A DNA stretch of 64,000 bases from Glaucostegus cemiculus (lineage: Eukaryota): the NCBI GenBank assembly GCA_976551045.1, contig CDPCPM010000023.1:8184001-8248000 (forward strand), given 5' to 3'. The notes beneath the pieces are model-generated. The model was not told the origin of the DNA. It searched no databases and saw only the letters and a list, made by a program, of their open reading frames with translations. This document shows, piece after piece, positions 13,171 to 24,942 of the stretch. Every line of letters begins with the position of its first letter. The first letter of the stretch is position 1. Both the position numbers and the translations under genes were made by a program.

Positions 13171-14079
13171 AAGCAGCTGCAGTGCCAATGTGCCACCCTG
13201 TTTGACTTGCTGAGGATTTCCAGCAAATTGGATTTTATTTCAGATTTCCACTTGCAGTATTTGATCTTCTATCATTGAAACACATTATCTGTCATCGATC
13301 ACACCACAGGGTCATGCTGCTATTCCTATATTACAACAGTGATTTATGCTTCAAAATAAATTTAAATGGCTGTAAAGCCCCTTAGGATGTCCTGACATCA
13401 TAAAAGGCAGTATATAATTACATTCTTCCTTCCTTTTACTTCCTTTTGTACTTCGGGAAAGAGGAATAAAACAAGCTTGTTTCAGGAGTGTGTGATGCTG
13501 GACCCAGTCAGAAGCTGGGTAATTGGGAACATTTGGCATCTGTATCAGGGTTTGGTATTCAAAGTGTTATGCTTGGATGAGGAGTTCCATACAATCTAGG
13601 AAACGGGAAGTGGTTTGTCAGGCAGGAATTCTGTGCGTTGTTCTTTTCCACAAGGAGCTACGTTTGCCTCGTAATGTCGGACCTTGGCTTGTTCACACTG
13701 TGAGCAGCCCTGTCGAGCCGCACTTTGTTCCTTGTGGGTGGTATGAATTAGAACAGAAAACTATTCTGCCCTTTGGAAAGGGAGTATTTTACTTGTCGAT
13801 GATTTTTCCTCCATTCCTGCTGCTCTTCACAGACTCCCATGGACCCTGACTGAAAGGAAAGGCAGGCCTCCTGGTCTACAACAGGTTCTCCATCGTCACA
13901 GTGTCACTGGTTTGATAGAAGGGGCATGTGAGTGCCCTCAGAAGGGACGAGCAGCCCTCCTATGGCATCTCCACTCCCTACCTCCTATATGGCAGCTATG
14001 CTAAAAGCACAATATGGATACAAAGACAGAGCCTGTCACTCACTCTGAAGGACCAAACCTTACTTCCAAAAAATGGGTC

Positions 14080-14418
14080 TTAGAAAGTCATGGAGTCATA
14101 CATCATGGAAATAAGCCCTTCACCCCACCACGTTTACACTGACTATTCAGCCCCCACTTACATTAATCCCATTTTATTTTCCCCACATTCCCATCCACTC
14201 CCCTTCGGATTCCGCCTCACACCTACACGCTAGTAGCAATTTGCAGTGGCCAATTAACCTACCAACCCGAACGTCTTTGGGATATGGGAGGAAGCCGGAG
14301 CACCCGGAGGAGACCCAGGGAGAAGGTGCAAGGTCCACACGTACAACACCGGAGGTCAGGATTGAACTGGGATAGCTGGAGCTGTGAGCCAATGGCTCTA
14401 CCAGATGCACCACTGTGC
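14080..14418 (-). mobile_element. HE1-like V-SINE
   Basis: Minus-strand tRNA-like head (GCACAGTGGTGCATCTGGTAGAGC...GTTCAATCC), V-domain (CTCCTCCGGGTGCTCCGGCTTCCTCCCA) and CR1-like tail (TGTATGACTCCATGAC). Confidence 0.85.
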
Positions 14419-14439
14419 TAGTCAGGCAAAATTTAAAAG

Positions 14440-15056
14440 ATCTGTATCAGCTATCAATCACCCCATTTGCACTAATCCTACATTGATCCCATTTTTAAAA
14501 TTATCCTCACACTCTCATCAGCTACCCCCAGATTCTACCACTTACCTATACAATGGGAACAGTTTACAGCAGCCAATTAACCTACTAACCCACACATCTT
14601 TAGGATGTGGGAGGAAACTGCAATGCCAAGAGAAAAGCTATGCAGACACAGGAAGAACATGCAAACTCCACACAGCGCTCAAGGTCAAGATTGAATCCGG
14701 GTCTCTGGTGTTGTGAGCATAATAATAATACTATTTGTTTATTAGTCTTGTACATCAAAGCACACAGTGAAATGTGACTATTTTTGCGTTAACAACCAAC
14801 ACCATCTGAGAGTGTTCTAGGGGCAGCCCACAAGCGTCGCCAAGCTTCCGGCGCCAACATAGCATGCCTACAACTTTCTAACCCGTACGTCTTTGAAATG
14901 TGGGAGGAAACCTGGAGGAAACCCACGCAGACATGAGGAAAACATACAAATTCCTTACAGACAGTGGCGGGAATTGAACCCAGGTCGCTAGCGCTGTAAT
15001 AGCATTACGCAAACTGCTACACTACCGTGCTTTACTAACTGCGCCACCGTGCTGCC
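14440..15056 (-). mobile_element. HE1-like SINE interrupted by a second SINE
   Basis: The body runs 14440-14718. The head resumes at 15031-15056 (TTTACTAACTGCGCCACCGTGCTGCC) beyond the insert. Confidence 0.75.
14719..15030 (-). mobile_element. tRNA-derived V-SINE with Rex1-type tail
   Basis: Minus strand reads GCACGGTAGTGTAGCAG...GGTTCAATTCC, a V-domain, then GCTATGTTGGCGCCGGAAGC...CATTTCACTGTGTG..GATGTACAAGACTAATAAA and a (TAT)n tail. Same family as 57898-58199. Confidence 0.8.
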
Positions 15057-15540
15057 AACTATCTCGTAGCTTTTCATGACAAATAATGTACACTTAGAGT
15101 GTAGTCAGTCTTGTCATGGAGCGACATTATTTATTGAGAGCACTATTGCCAGCCAGTGAGTTGGCGATGGGGCAGGTTATATGCTCACAAGAAATAAAGG
15201 TATTAAACTCAGAAAACAGTCTGTTTAAAGAGCAGAAGAAGTAAATTACTGATTTTAAATAAATCAGGGTAATTCCTCTAGAATACAGTGAGTGGAGGAT
15301 AGCTACATATATATGATATACGGAAAAAAATCGGTTTTCTTCACTTACGCAAGTGTGGCCACCAGACTTTGTTAACAGGCACAGAGGTAGAACTGCTTCC
15401 TCACAGCAGCAGTGACATAGGTTCAATCCTGACCCCTGATGCTGTGTGAGTGATGTTTGCATGTTCTCCCTGGATTCTCCATCTTCCACAGACGTGAGGG
15501 TTCATCAATTAAGTGGCCACTGCAAGTTATCCCGTTACGT

Positions 15541-16390
15541 AGACACAAAAGACTGCAGACACTGGAATCTGGAGCAAAAAATAAACTGCTGGAGGAACTC
15601 AGCAGGTCCAGCAGCATCTGTGAGGGGGGAGGAATTGTTGACATTTTGGGTTGAGACCCTGCATCAGGACTGGGACTGGAGAGGGGGGATAGCTGGTATA
15701 AAGAGGAGAGGGGAAGGGGATGAAAATGGGTGATTGGGGTCTAGAGAGATAGTATGGGAAAGGAAAAAAGAAATGGGAGGACAGTGGGTAGATTGGAAGG
15801 AGAGAGAGGGGGAAACACAGGAGGTAAGGGTTGCCTGAAATTGGAAAACTCAATGGTCATACCATTGGGTTGTAGACTTCTCAGGCGGAATATGAGGTGC
15901 TGTTCTTAAGCCATTTTCATCTCTCTTGTCCTCCTGGTTTCATCCACCTGCTACCACACACATCAGATTCCATCACTTGTAGCCTTTGTGTCCCCACATC
16001 ACCCTCCAGCCTCCATCTCTACCCTCACCCTCTCCTCCCCCAAACCTGGCTCCATCTGCCCCTTTTTTTTCCCCTATCACCCACCTGCCTCTGTCTCCTC
16101 CTTCCATCCAGTTTCATTGTCTGCACCCACCTATCACCTACCTGCCTGTCTCCCAACTCCACCCGTCCCCCTCCTGACTCCTCCTGCCCGTCATCCCTCA
16201 CCCCTCCTCGATCCACCTACCACCTAACCGGCCCCCGTCTCACCCCTCCCCCCCTCTCCTTTTTATACCAGCTATCTTCCCATCTCCGTTCTGAGTCCTG
16301 ATGCAGGCTTTCAACCCAAAATGCCAACAATTCCTCCGCCCTCACAGATGCTGCTAGATCCACTGAGTTCCTCCAGCAGTTTGTTTTTTA
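15541..16390. mobile_element. Penelope-like insertion bounded by inverted terminal blocks, nested in a SINE
   Basis: 15541-15672 (minus) and 16292-16390 (plus) are reverse-complementary terminal blocks. Minus strand 15830-15910 encodes EQHLIFRLRSLQPNGMTIEFSNFR (GIY-YIG C-terminus). SINE sequence lies on both sides (about 15377-15535 and 16391-16510). Confidence 0.8.
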
Positions 16391-17356
16391 CCCCATTGTG
16401 TAGTTGGGTGGTAGAAATGCTGAGAACATGAGAAGAAGAGGATTGCTGTGGAAATTGGATTGCTGAGTGTGCTGACACTGAACTGATGGACATCTTTCTA
16501 TGTCATAAGGAACTATGGAATACAGGAAATTATCCAGTTATCTGCACTGTGACTGGTCACGGTGTTGTCACTATAATCAGCCACGTAGGAAACACAGCCA
16601 ATTCGTCCCATAAACAACACCGTGATTATGACCAGATGATCTCTTTAGAATGATTCTAATAAACCTTGGCCAAGATCTAATGAAGAATCTTTTTTAAAAA
16701 AAAAGTATTCCAGGACCTTTTCGGTTCCCCTGACAGAGCAGATGTGGCTTCAGTTAAGGGACTCATCCAAAAGACTGTGTGTGCCTGAAGGTGCTGGATG
16801 AGCAAGACGTTCCCCATTAATAATCACTGTTCCACAACTAATCCCACAGCCAGAACTTCCCCTTCGCATGCAGGATAGAATATATTCCAAGTTACTGAAA
16901 TTGGCACAGTCATCAAGGTGTCAATAAGTGTCCCTACTGGTTAAATATCTGTGAATTTTCATTAACAGCAAATGAAAAGAAAGCCTGTTGCACCATCTGG
17001 GCCTAATGTTGATGTTCGAGAAGCCAGGGAGGTTCTGCTAAAGTAAAGGGAGTGAGTCATTTCCAGAAATCAAAATTTCCCCTTAAATATAATCTGTTAA
17101 TTTATCGGCTGTGTGCTGGAGAGTATATCAACACAAACCCTATAATGAGGAAGAATACATACTACACAGAAATTACGCAAATTTTCATTAATTTCTTCCT
17201 TCCTTTCACCCAACCATCACCTGCACCCTACCATCTCTCCGAACCCCTTCAGACAGGCAATTGGAAAATGCATTGTTGCTTATACAAAGAGCATTCTGCT
17301 TTGTCCCTCTTTGGTGCTCCACCCTAACATTCTTCTTCTTGTATCCCCTTTTCCAG

Positions 17357-17495
17357 ATTGACGTGGAGGGAACTCAGGAAGTGGTGCTTTATGATCAGTG
17401 CACGCGAGACCTCAGCAAACTGACGGCGGACAGCTTCACCTCTGTACTTCTGGGCAAGCTGGAGAGCTATTTCCAACATGTCTCACTGCTGTCAG
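17357..17495 (+). CDS. Internal coding exon of a DUSP8/DUSP16-family MAP kinase phosphatase (rhodanese/CH2 domain)
   Basis: Polypyrimidine tract and TTCCAG acceptor, 139-bp exon (phase 0 in, phase 1 out), CAG/GTATGG donor. Translation IDVEGTQEVVLYDQCTRDLSKLTADSFTSVLLGKLESYFQHVSLLS(G) matches the VVVYDQ...L..D.F...LL.KL...F..V.LL.GG pattern of DUSP8/DUSP16. The paralogue cannot be resolved by eye. Confidence 0.9.
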
Positions 17496-17689
17496 GTATG
17501 GCCCACTCCCTAATGTTAAATGCCCTCCATTTCCTCAATTATTTTGAAACATTACAACTTCCCTATTCAAGGGCATTTGCAGAGTGCTCAGAGTTATCTG
17601 TGGTATCCTTAAACAATAGCGTTTAATTATTGAGGGTTTTTTTTTTGGGAAGGTCATGAGAGTGTTCAGTGTGCAATTGAACTTGAAAC

Positions 17690-19800
17690 TGAAGATTTCA
17701 AGATTTCTTTATTTGTCATTGTACTGTTGCAGAACAACACAACGAAATTACGATGGCACTCCCTTGCCTAATAAAAACCAGAACAGTAAATTGATAAGAG
17801 CGATTATGACTATGAAAATAAAAACAAACATACACAAATCTAAAGTATAAAAATATAAAGAGGCAGTGTGCAAATGAACCATGATAATAATAGTAATGAT
17901 AATCAGCAGCATATCAATATCAATATAGCAGCATAAGTCGTTAGATAACACCATGGTGAGTCCAGCCGCTGAAGGGGGGAAGACATGGTATGTGTGTGTT
18001 TGTATGGGGGGGGTGTCAGACCATGATCAACAGCTTAACAGCTTTGAGGGAAAAAAAGCTGTGTTTCATTTTTGTGGTGTGTGCATGTATTGTCCTGTAT
18101 CGCCTGCTAGAAGGGAGTAGTTGAAAGTGGTGGTGAGCAGGGTGAGCTGGTTCTCGGATGATGTTTGAAGTCCTGCTCTGATATCGGGCCTGGTAGATGT
18201 CCTCCATCCCTGGTAACTGAGTCCCAATGATGTTTTAGACCGACTTGATGACCCTCTGCAGAGCCTTCTGCTCTTTCCTGGTGCAGCTGGCACACCGAGC
18301 AGTAATGCTGTATGTCAGGATGCTCCCCACCACACACCGGTAAAAGTTCACCAGAATGTTCTGAGACAGTCTGGCTCTCCTCAATTTCCTCAGAATTGCT
18401 GTGCCTTGCTAATGACAGCTGAGGTGTGTATTGCTCAGAAGTCCTTGGTGATGTGTGCCCCAGGAATTTAAAACTGGAGACTCTCTCCACAGCCTCGCCG
18501 CCAATGAACACTGAACCAAAATCTGTCTTCCTTGGCCTCCTGAAATCCACCACAATCTCTTTAGTCTTTTTGGTGTTGAGAATGAGATTGTTGGCGGAAC
18601 ACCAGGCTGTCAGGTTTTGCACCTCGTCCCTGTATGCCGATTCATTATTGTTCATGATCAGGCCAATGACTGTCGTGTCGTCTGCAAACTTTATGATGGT
18701 GTTTGTTTCATGGATGGATGAACAGTCATGGGCAAAGAGGGCATACAGGAGGGGACTCAGCACACACCCCTGGGAAACACCAGTGTTCAGGGTGAGGGTG
18801 GAAGATGTGTGCTCTCCTAACCTGACAGTCTGTGGGCAATTGGTCAGGAAGTCCATAGTTCATTTACAGATTGTTGTGTTCAGGCCCATGCTGTGGAGTT
18901 TGGACACTAGTCTGCTGGGAATGACTGAGTTAAAGGCTGAACTGAAGTCCAAGAAGAGCATCCTGACATACTAGCCCGGTCTTTCCAGGTGCACCAGAGC
19001 AGTATGGAGGGTGAGACTGATTGTATCCTCCATTGATCTGTTTACCCGGTAGGCAAACTAGTGCTGGTGCACGGTGGCAGGGATAGCACGTTTGATGTGC
19101 TTCAAAATCAGTCTCTCGAAGCATTTGGCTATGATCGGTGTAAGTGCAATCGGGCGATAATCATTCAGGCAGCACACATTTTTTTGCTTAGGGATGGGCA
19201 CAATGATTGTTGATTTAAAACACGTAGGGACAACAGCATATGTCTGAGAGAGGTTGAAGATGTTAGTGAGAACCCCAGCTAGTTGGTTAGTGCATGCCTG
19301 AAGCACACGCCCTGGTACACCATCAGGTCCGGCTGCTTGCTTTGTGTTGACACTGCGTAGTATCCCACTGACCTCATTAGTATCAAGTACCAGTCCATAA
19401 GGATCTTGAGGCAGTCTAACCATTTCCTTGCTGTAGTTCTCACTCTCAAAGCGGGCAAAGAACTTATTGAGGTCCTCTGCCAGTGAGACGTTGCTGTTTA
19501 CAGGCTGGGTGTCCTTCATTTTATAATCAGTGAAGGCCTGTGCTCCTCGCCACACACGACAGGGATTATTATTGTTAAGACTGTCCTCGATCCTAAGTTT
19601 ATAGTCGTGTTTTGCTGCCGCATTTAAGATTTGCTCTAGCTAGACTATAGGCGATGGTGTCTCTAACTCTGTAAGCAGCATCCCTAATCTTTAGCAGCTT
19701 CCTGACCTGTGTGTTCATCCAGGGTTTCTTAGCAGTGGTGACATTATCTGTGCAGAAGTTGATATATGATAGTACTAATGAGATGTACTGTTCAAGGTCT
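17690..19800 (-). mobile_element. Rex1/Babar-like LINE, 5'-truncated, RT broken by frameshifts
   Basis: ORFs 19058-19555 (AAGPDGVPGRVL, CFKSTIIVPIPK, LNDYRPIALT) and 18107-18856 (GVSQGCVLSPLLY, KFADDTTVIGLI, KTKEIVVDFR), C-terminal HPAH..FQLLPS.RRYR. The 3' end has AATAAA and AAATCTT repeats. Confidence 0.9.
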
Positions 19801-19834
19801 ATAACAGCATTGTTTTCTGCAGTAGGGTTGTTAT

Positions 19835-20335
19835 CAGCAAAGAGACTGCGGATGCTGGAAACCTAAAATAAAAACAGAAAATGCTGGAAATACTAAGAAG
19901 ATCAGGCAGCATCCATGGGGAGAGGGAAACAGATTCTGGCAGAGATCCTTTGTCAGAACTGGGAAAGAGAGAGAAAAAGTTGCAGAGGAGGCAGCGGGAG
20001 GACTATATAGGGCAAAGGAAATCTCTGTGATAGGGTGAGGTCAGGTCAAATGGGTTAATGGGGCAGTTAGAGGCTGATTATGCTTCATTGTCTGTACTTT
20101 GTGTTCCTAATAGCAGGGAGGTAGGACATACCCAGGTGTGGTACTAACAGAGAGAAACCAAGTCAAGATCATAGACTGGCAGAAGTGACCAATTCTGATA
20201 CAGACAGAAAGAGTGAGTTCCCTAAAGCTGGAGAACTTGATATGAATGCTCAACGTGCCTGGACAGGAGATAAGGTGCTGTTCCTCAAGCTTGCATCAGG
20301 CCTTGTTGTAACAGTGCAAGAAGCCACAAGTAGAT
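19835..20335 (-). mobile_element. Old Penelope-like fragment
   Basis: Terminal block (ACTGCGGATGCTGGAAA...GGCAGCATC), plus a minus-strand KLEEQHLISCPG relic at about 20250-20300. Confidence 0.6.
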
Positions 20336-21459
20336 AGAACTTGATTTGCGCACTAAATACAGTTGGCTGGCTGGGTGAATTTATCCTGTGAATAGCTGAT
20401 GCAAAAAATGTAGTTGAATTCTAAGTTTGATCTTGTGTCCCTGAGTTGTTCACCAGTGGAGTAAGGGTTCTTCAGCTGGCGTTGGATTCCTCAAATTAGT
20501 TAGGGGAAAGCTGACTGGAATTCCTGCTCCTGATGTCCAGCTTGGGACTCTTACAATAAATATGGATGTCAAATGAGGAGAATGGTTTGAAAATTGGGGG
20601 AAAAAAAATTGCAGATGCAGGGAATCTGAAGTAAAACCAGAAAATGCATCAAACCGCCATCTTGTCAGGCAGTATTTGTGGAGTAAGAATCAGAGTTAAT
20701 GTTTCAAGTCAGATGTTCGATTGCAGTGCTCAGTACGATCAAATGTCCTGCCATACATGTCTCATAGACAAGGAGTGTCCTTTTAGGAGAGTTTCCATGG
20801 TACTTCTGGAAACTGGGGAAGGAAATGAAAGCAGAAGTCAAAAAACCGAGGTCTCTTCTCTTAGCAGAAAGTTAACAGTAACAAGGTGCATTAACCTGGG
20901 CTGCCTCCAAATAGAGCCCCCATTACCCATTCCATACTGAGCTTCAAATTGGCTGCCAGGCAAAGTGATAATTGCCACAGTGACAGAATCACATCCTGAG
21001 ACACAGACACTCTGGAAACAGGAATCAATCTTGTGCGGCTAATTATTCAAGGTTTGCAGAACTGTCAATTAGTGGCTGGCACAGAGAGCATTGATTGTAG
21101 GCTTGCAAAGGCAGAGGCAGGTTCCAATTAGTTGTAATCATAGGGTCTGGTAGTTCCTTTTTTTAAAGTGGGGTGCTTGTGTGTAATATCACGACTCCTA
21201 GTAATGGGTCACACGATTAACAGCAGGACAAGTCAGATGATGTCCTTCAGTCATGGGGAGTGCCAGCCTATTAGCCTGAAGCTGAGTAAAAGCAAGGCTA
21301 GGAACTGGCTTCGATTCCTGCACAGAAATATGGCTCAGAACATTGGAACAGGAATAATCAGTTCCCAGTGCAGAACAGATCTCTCTGCCATGGCACAAAT
21401 CTGTCCGGTGTAGCTCAGTTTTGTACAGTGTGGCACAGATCTGTCTAGCCTGGTCTGTT

Positions 21460-21560
21460 AGAGCTATGTGGGAGGGAAGGGTTAGATAGATCTTAGAGCA
21501 GGATAAAATGTCAACACAACAGCGTGGGCTGAAGGGCCTGTACTGCGCTGTAATGTTCTG
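21460..21560 (+). mobile_element. CR1 extreme 3' end
   Basis: Near-copy of 383-480 (GGTTAGATAGATCTTAGAGCAGGATAAAATGTC...GCTGTAATGTTCT). Confidence 0.85.
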
Positions 21561-21739
21561 CTAACTTGATTACTTTGGGGCATTTTTGTGATACTGGAGA
21601 CAGGACATTGCTTTATACCTGGGATTAGGCTGCATGTGGCAGATATGACAGACAGTCTCCTGCCATATAGTCAGTTGTACAGGGCACAGAAATTAAGCAC
21701 CAGATTCTAGTTGCCTAGTAGCTGCTTGGACATTTCATG

Positions 21740-21960
21740 GAGACACAAGGGACTGCAGATGCTGGAATCTGGAGCAACAAACAATCTGCTGGAAGAACTC
21801 AGCAGGTCGAGCAGCATCTGTGGGAGGAAAGGAATTGTCTTTGTTTCAGGTTGAAACCCTTTCGGCCTGATGCAGGATTTTGATCCGAAATGTCAACAAT
21901 TCCTTTCCTCCCGCAGATGCTGCTCGACCTGCCACGTTCTTTCAGCAGATTGTTTGTTGT
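21740..21960. mobile_element. Penelope-derived fold-back (two opposed terminal blocks)
   Basis: About 21775-21838 is the near reverse complement of about 21896-21959. A hammerhead-like motif lies between the arms. Confidence 0.8.
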
Positions 21961-22847
21961 GCATCTCATGGCCCAAGTTCTGTTGGGTCTGAGATGACCT
22001 CTTTAGTCACTGAATTGCAAGTGGATCTTCTTATGGGGAGAAGCAGGAGTTGTATTGAATGGGGGTAGATCTTGACTTTGTGATGGTGTTAAAGGGGCAA
22101 CGGGGTCATCAGCTCATTCTGTGCTCCTCTCCAACATTTATTGTGTCAGGCAAGATTCAGAGAAAAGGCAGGTAACTCACCATCACATCATCACAGAATT
22201 CGGTCAGGAACTAAACAACTGCATTAGCACTACCACAGCCCAGGTCTGAAGGATCCACACCAGCTATAGGCTTGTCTTTTATTCACAACCCTTGACCTGG
22301 TCTCAGACTCATCCCAAGCACAAACCTGAAAGTTGGTGGAAGAGGAAATGTAATGTTTTGCCAACAGTTTGGATTTTGAAAGTTTGCCATTAGGCGTTAA
22401 TGTTGTCTCTTCCAAAAGTTATAATTATTTGCTTCTAGCAACTTAAAGAAATGGTCATTACATTTTTAAGGATATGATTTTTTTTGAGAATTGAATGTTT
22501 CTGCCACTGATTCTCTGCTCAGGAAGTTTTCACTAAAATCGTAAGATGCTTACATTGTTGTTACATGTACAGAGGTGTGCCTGTCGACTTTGAGTCCTGT
22601 TGACTGATTAAGGCACTTATACACAAAGTGCTTCTAAATGAGGCTACAGTATATGTTGGTGTTTGCATTTCGTTACTGCCTCACTTCTGCCAGTGTCAGA
22701 TCATAAACCACAAAGATGTATTTCTCTGGTTCTCTGGTTGAGGATGAGAGCCATTTTTACCTCTTCTAACAGAGGGAGTTGGCACATGGATATCATTCTC
22801 CTGAGGCTTCCAATACAAAAATGCTGAATCCAAAAATATTTACATTG

Positions 22848-23340
22848 GCAAATGGTAGGGATCTCCTTTGTGTGCTCTGGGATCTTCCTAATGGGATGCA
22901 GTTCTCCCCTGTGTGGCGCAGGTCTCCCCTGAGTAGTACAGTTTTCCTCGCTGCAATACAGTTCTCCCTAGTGTGTATGGATTTCCCCAGGATGGTATAG
23001 ATCTACCGTGTGTGATATGGGTCTTCCCATGTGTGGTACGGTTCTCCCCACTGTGGTACAGAATTTATTGGAGTACAGGTCTCCCTGATGTGGGACCACT
23101 CTCCTTGACACTATGCATGTCTTCCCGGTGTGAAACAAATCTCCCAACTGTGGCACAGATCTCTCCCAGTGTGACACAGATCTATACAGTGTGGCACAGG
23201 TCTGTCTAGTGTGGCCTGTATCTGACACAGGGCACCCGGGCAGTATGTGCCTTTGTGGAGCAGATCCCTTTACTGTGGTATAGGTCTCTCCAGCACAGCA
23301 AAGGCCTTGCCAGTGTGTTCGAAGTCACCCTAGTATGGGG
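22848..23340. repeat. Degenerate ~20-bp minisatellite (approx. GTGTGGCACAGATCTCCCCA)
   Basis: Roughly two dozen diverged tandem units, e.g. CTGTGGCACAGATCTCTCCCA, GTGTGACACAGATCTATACA, GTGTGGCACAGGTCTGTCTA. Confidence 0.8.
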
Positions 23341-24632
23341 CTACTCAAACTGATACACTGTTGGTGTGGTTCAATTGAGAAAACCAATTGTTGGGACCTT
23401 AAGGTTAAAGCAGTTCTGCAGAAGTTTCTTATGCCCTTTTGACAACTCTGGAACTGACTACACCATTGTCTTTAGTGATGGCATAATGTCAATATGCTAT
23501 GTTATTATCATATTCTTTTTGCATTGTTATCACATTCACACTTGCAGAGGTGATCTCTACCATTCAGAGTCTTGGGTTTCCTTCCCTTCGCCTGCAATAT
23601 CATTATACATACTGGGAGAAATCCAGGTAGTATTGACTTTCCTAATCAATGCGAGGCATGACTGTGTATCTGGTTGGAATATAAAATTAATTTGGCCAAA
23701 CACTCAATTGTGGATTAAGGATGAACATATTAATCTGCAGTTTTGCATTAATGTGGTATGAGTGGTACTCTATCCACAAAGAGAATATAAAGGATACGTT
23801 AGAGTATTGTACTAGGCCTGTGTTTCTGGATAAAAATAGATTCTAAATACAGTGGAAGAAATTGTGGGCATTACATTCTGACATTTATACTTGTTTAAGA
23901 TAAGCATTTATTCAAATTCTGGAAGGTTTGCTCTACAATTATGAAGCACCAGGCAAGAAGCTTTGTGACATTTTCCAGTGGAGTTGTTGGAAAGAACAGT
24001 CAAGTTTAATTGCTACTGTAATAATACAACAGCCAGATTTAAAATAAACATCTGTACTTTGATATAATATTTTTGGAGTCTCACATTTGGAAAAACACAC
24101 GATGCAGGCTTCTAAACATGCATTTAAGTCCAAGAGACATTAATGACTAATTGACATTATTTCCCAACTGTTCCATCCCAAACAGCCCAAAGGGCACAGA
24201 GAGGGCTGTTTGGAATGATAGCCACTATCGGATGATCTTGGTTGGTGTACGTGAGGCTGTGAAGGAGGGCAGGCAGGCAGCTGACACGATTAGAAAACCA
24301 TCTGGCTGGCACCCTTCAAGTAGAGAAAGGAGGGGAAAAAAATTCCCTCCGTGATACTGAAAACTCCTCACTTCCTAATTAGGCTGTCATTGCATTTACA
24401 TCTGTACAGTGTGCTGTAGTCAAGGTCACTGGAATATGAAAAAGTTGTTGTCCTCAACACCAATTCGTGGCGATACGTTTTTTTAAAAAATCGCCAGAGG
24501 ATAAAGGAAGATGGAAAGAAAGTAATATTTTTCTGAATTACTAACAAAGAATATTAAAATTGGAGCTGCAAATAATCCCCTTAATTATTTATTTTCCCTT
24601 TCGCCCTTTGGTATGAGGGATATGGGGCTGCA

Positions 24633-24942
24633 AATCAGAATCAGGTGTATTGTCACTGATGTGCCATGAAATTTGTTGTTTTGTGGCAGCAGTACAGTGC
24701 AAGACATAAAGACATAAGAATTATTATATATTACAAAAATAAATAAATAGTGCAGAAGAAGAAGAATGAGTTCATAGACCGTTCAAAAATCTGATGGCGG
24801 AGGGGAAGAAGCGGTTCCTGAGACATTGAGTGTGGATCTTCGGGCTCCTGTACCTCCTCCCCGATGGTAGTAACGTGAAGAGGGCATGTCCCTGGTGGTG
24901 AGGGTCGTTAGTGATGGATGCTGCCTTCTTGAGGCATTGAGG
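24633..24942 (-). mobile_element. Rex1/Babar-like LINE 3' end
   Basis: CLKKAASITNDPHHQGHALFTLLPSGRRYRS...FFPSAIRFLN with a CTGATT-repeat tail. Confidence 0.85.

Noticed and set aside
13655-13740. Exon-like segment after a pyrimidine tract (AAG/...TG/GTATGA)
   Set aside because: The translation does not match the DUSP8/16 N-terminus and the splice signals are weak.
15897-16301. Pro/Ser/Leu-rich ORFs
   Set aside because: They come from the C/T-rich linker inside the Penelope insertion.
22848-23340. CRISPR-like periodic array
   Set aside because: Units are contiguous and degenerate with no unique spacers, there are no cas genes, and the context is a vertebrate intron.
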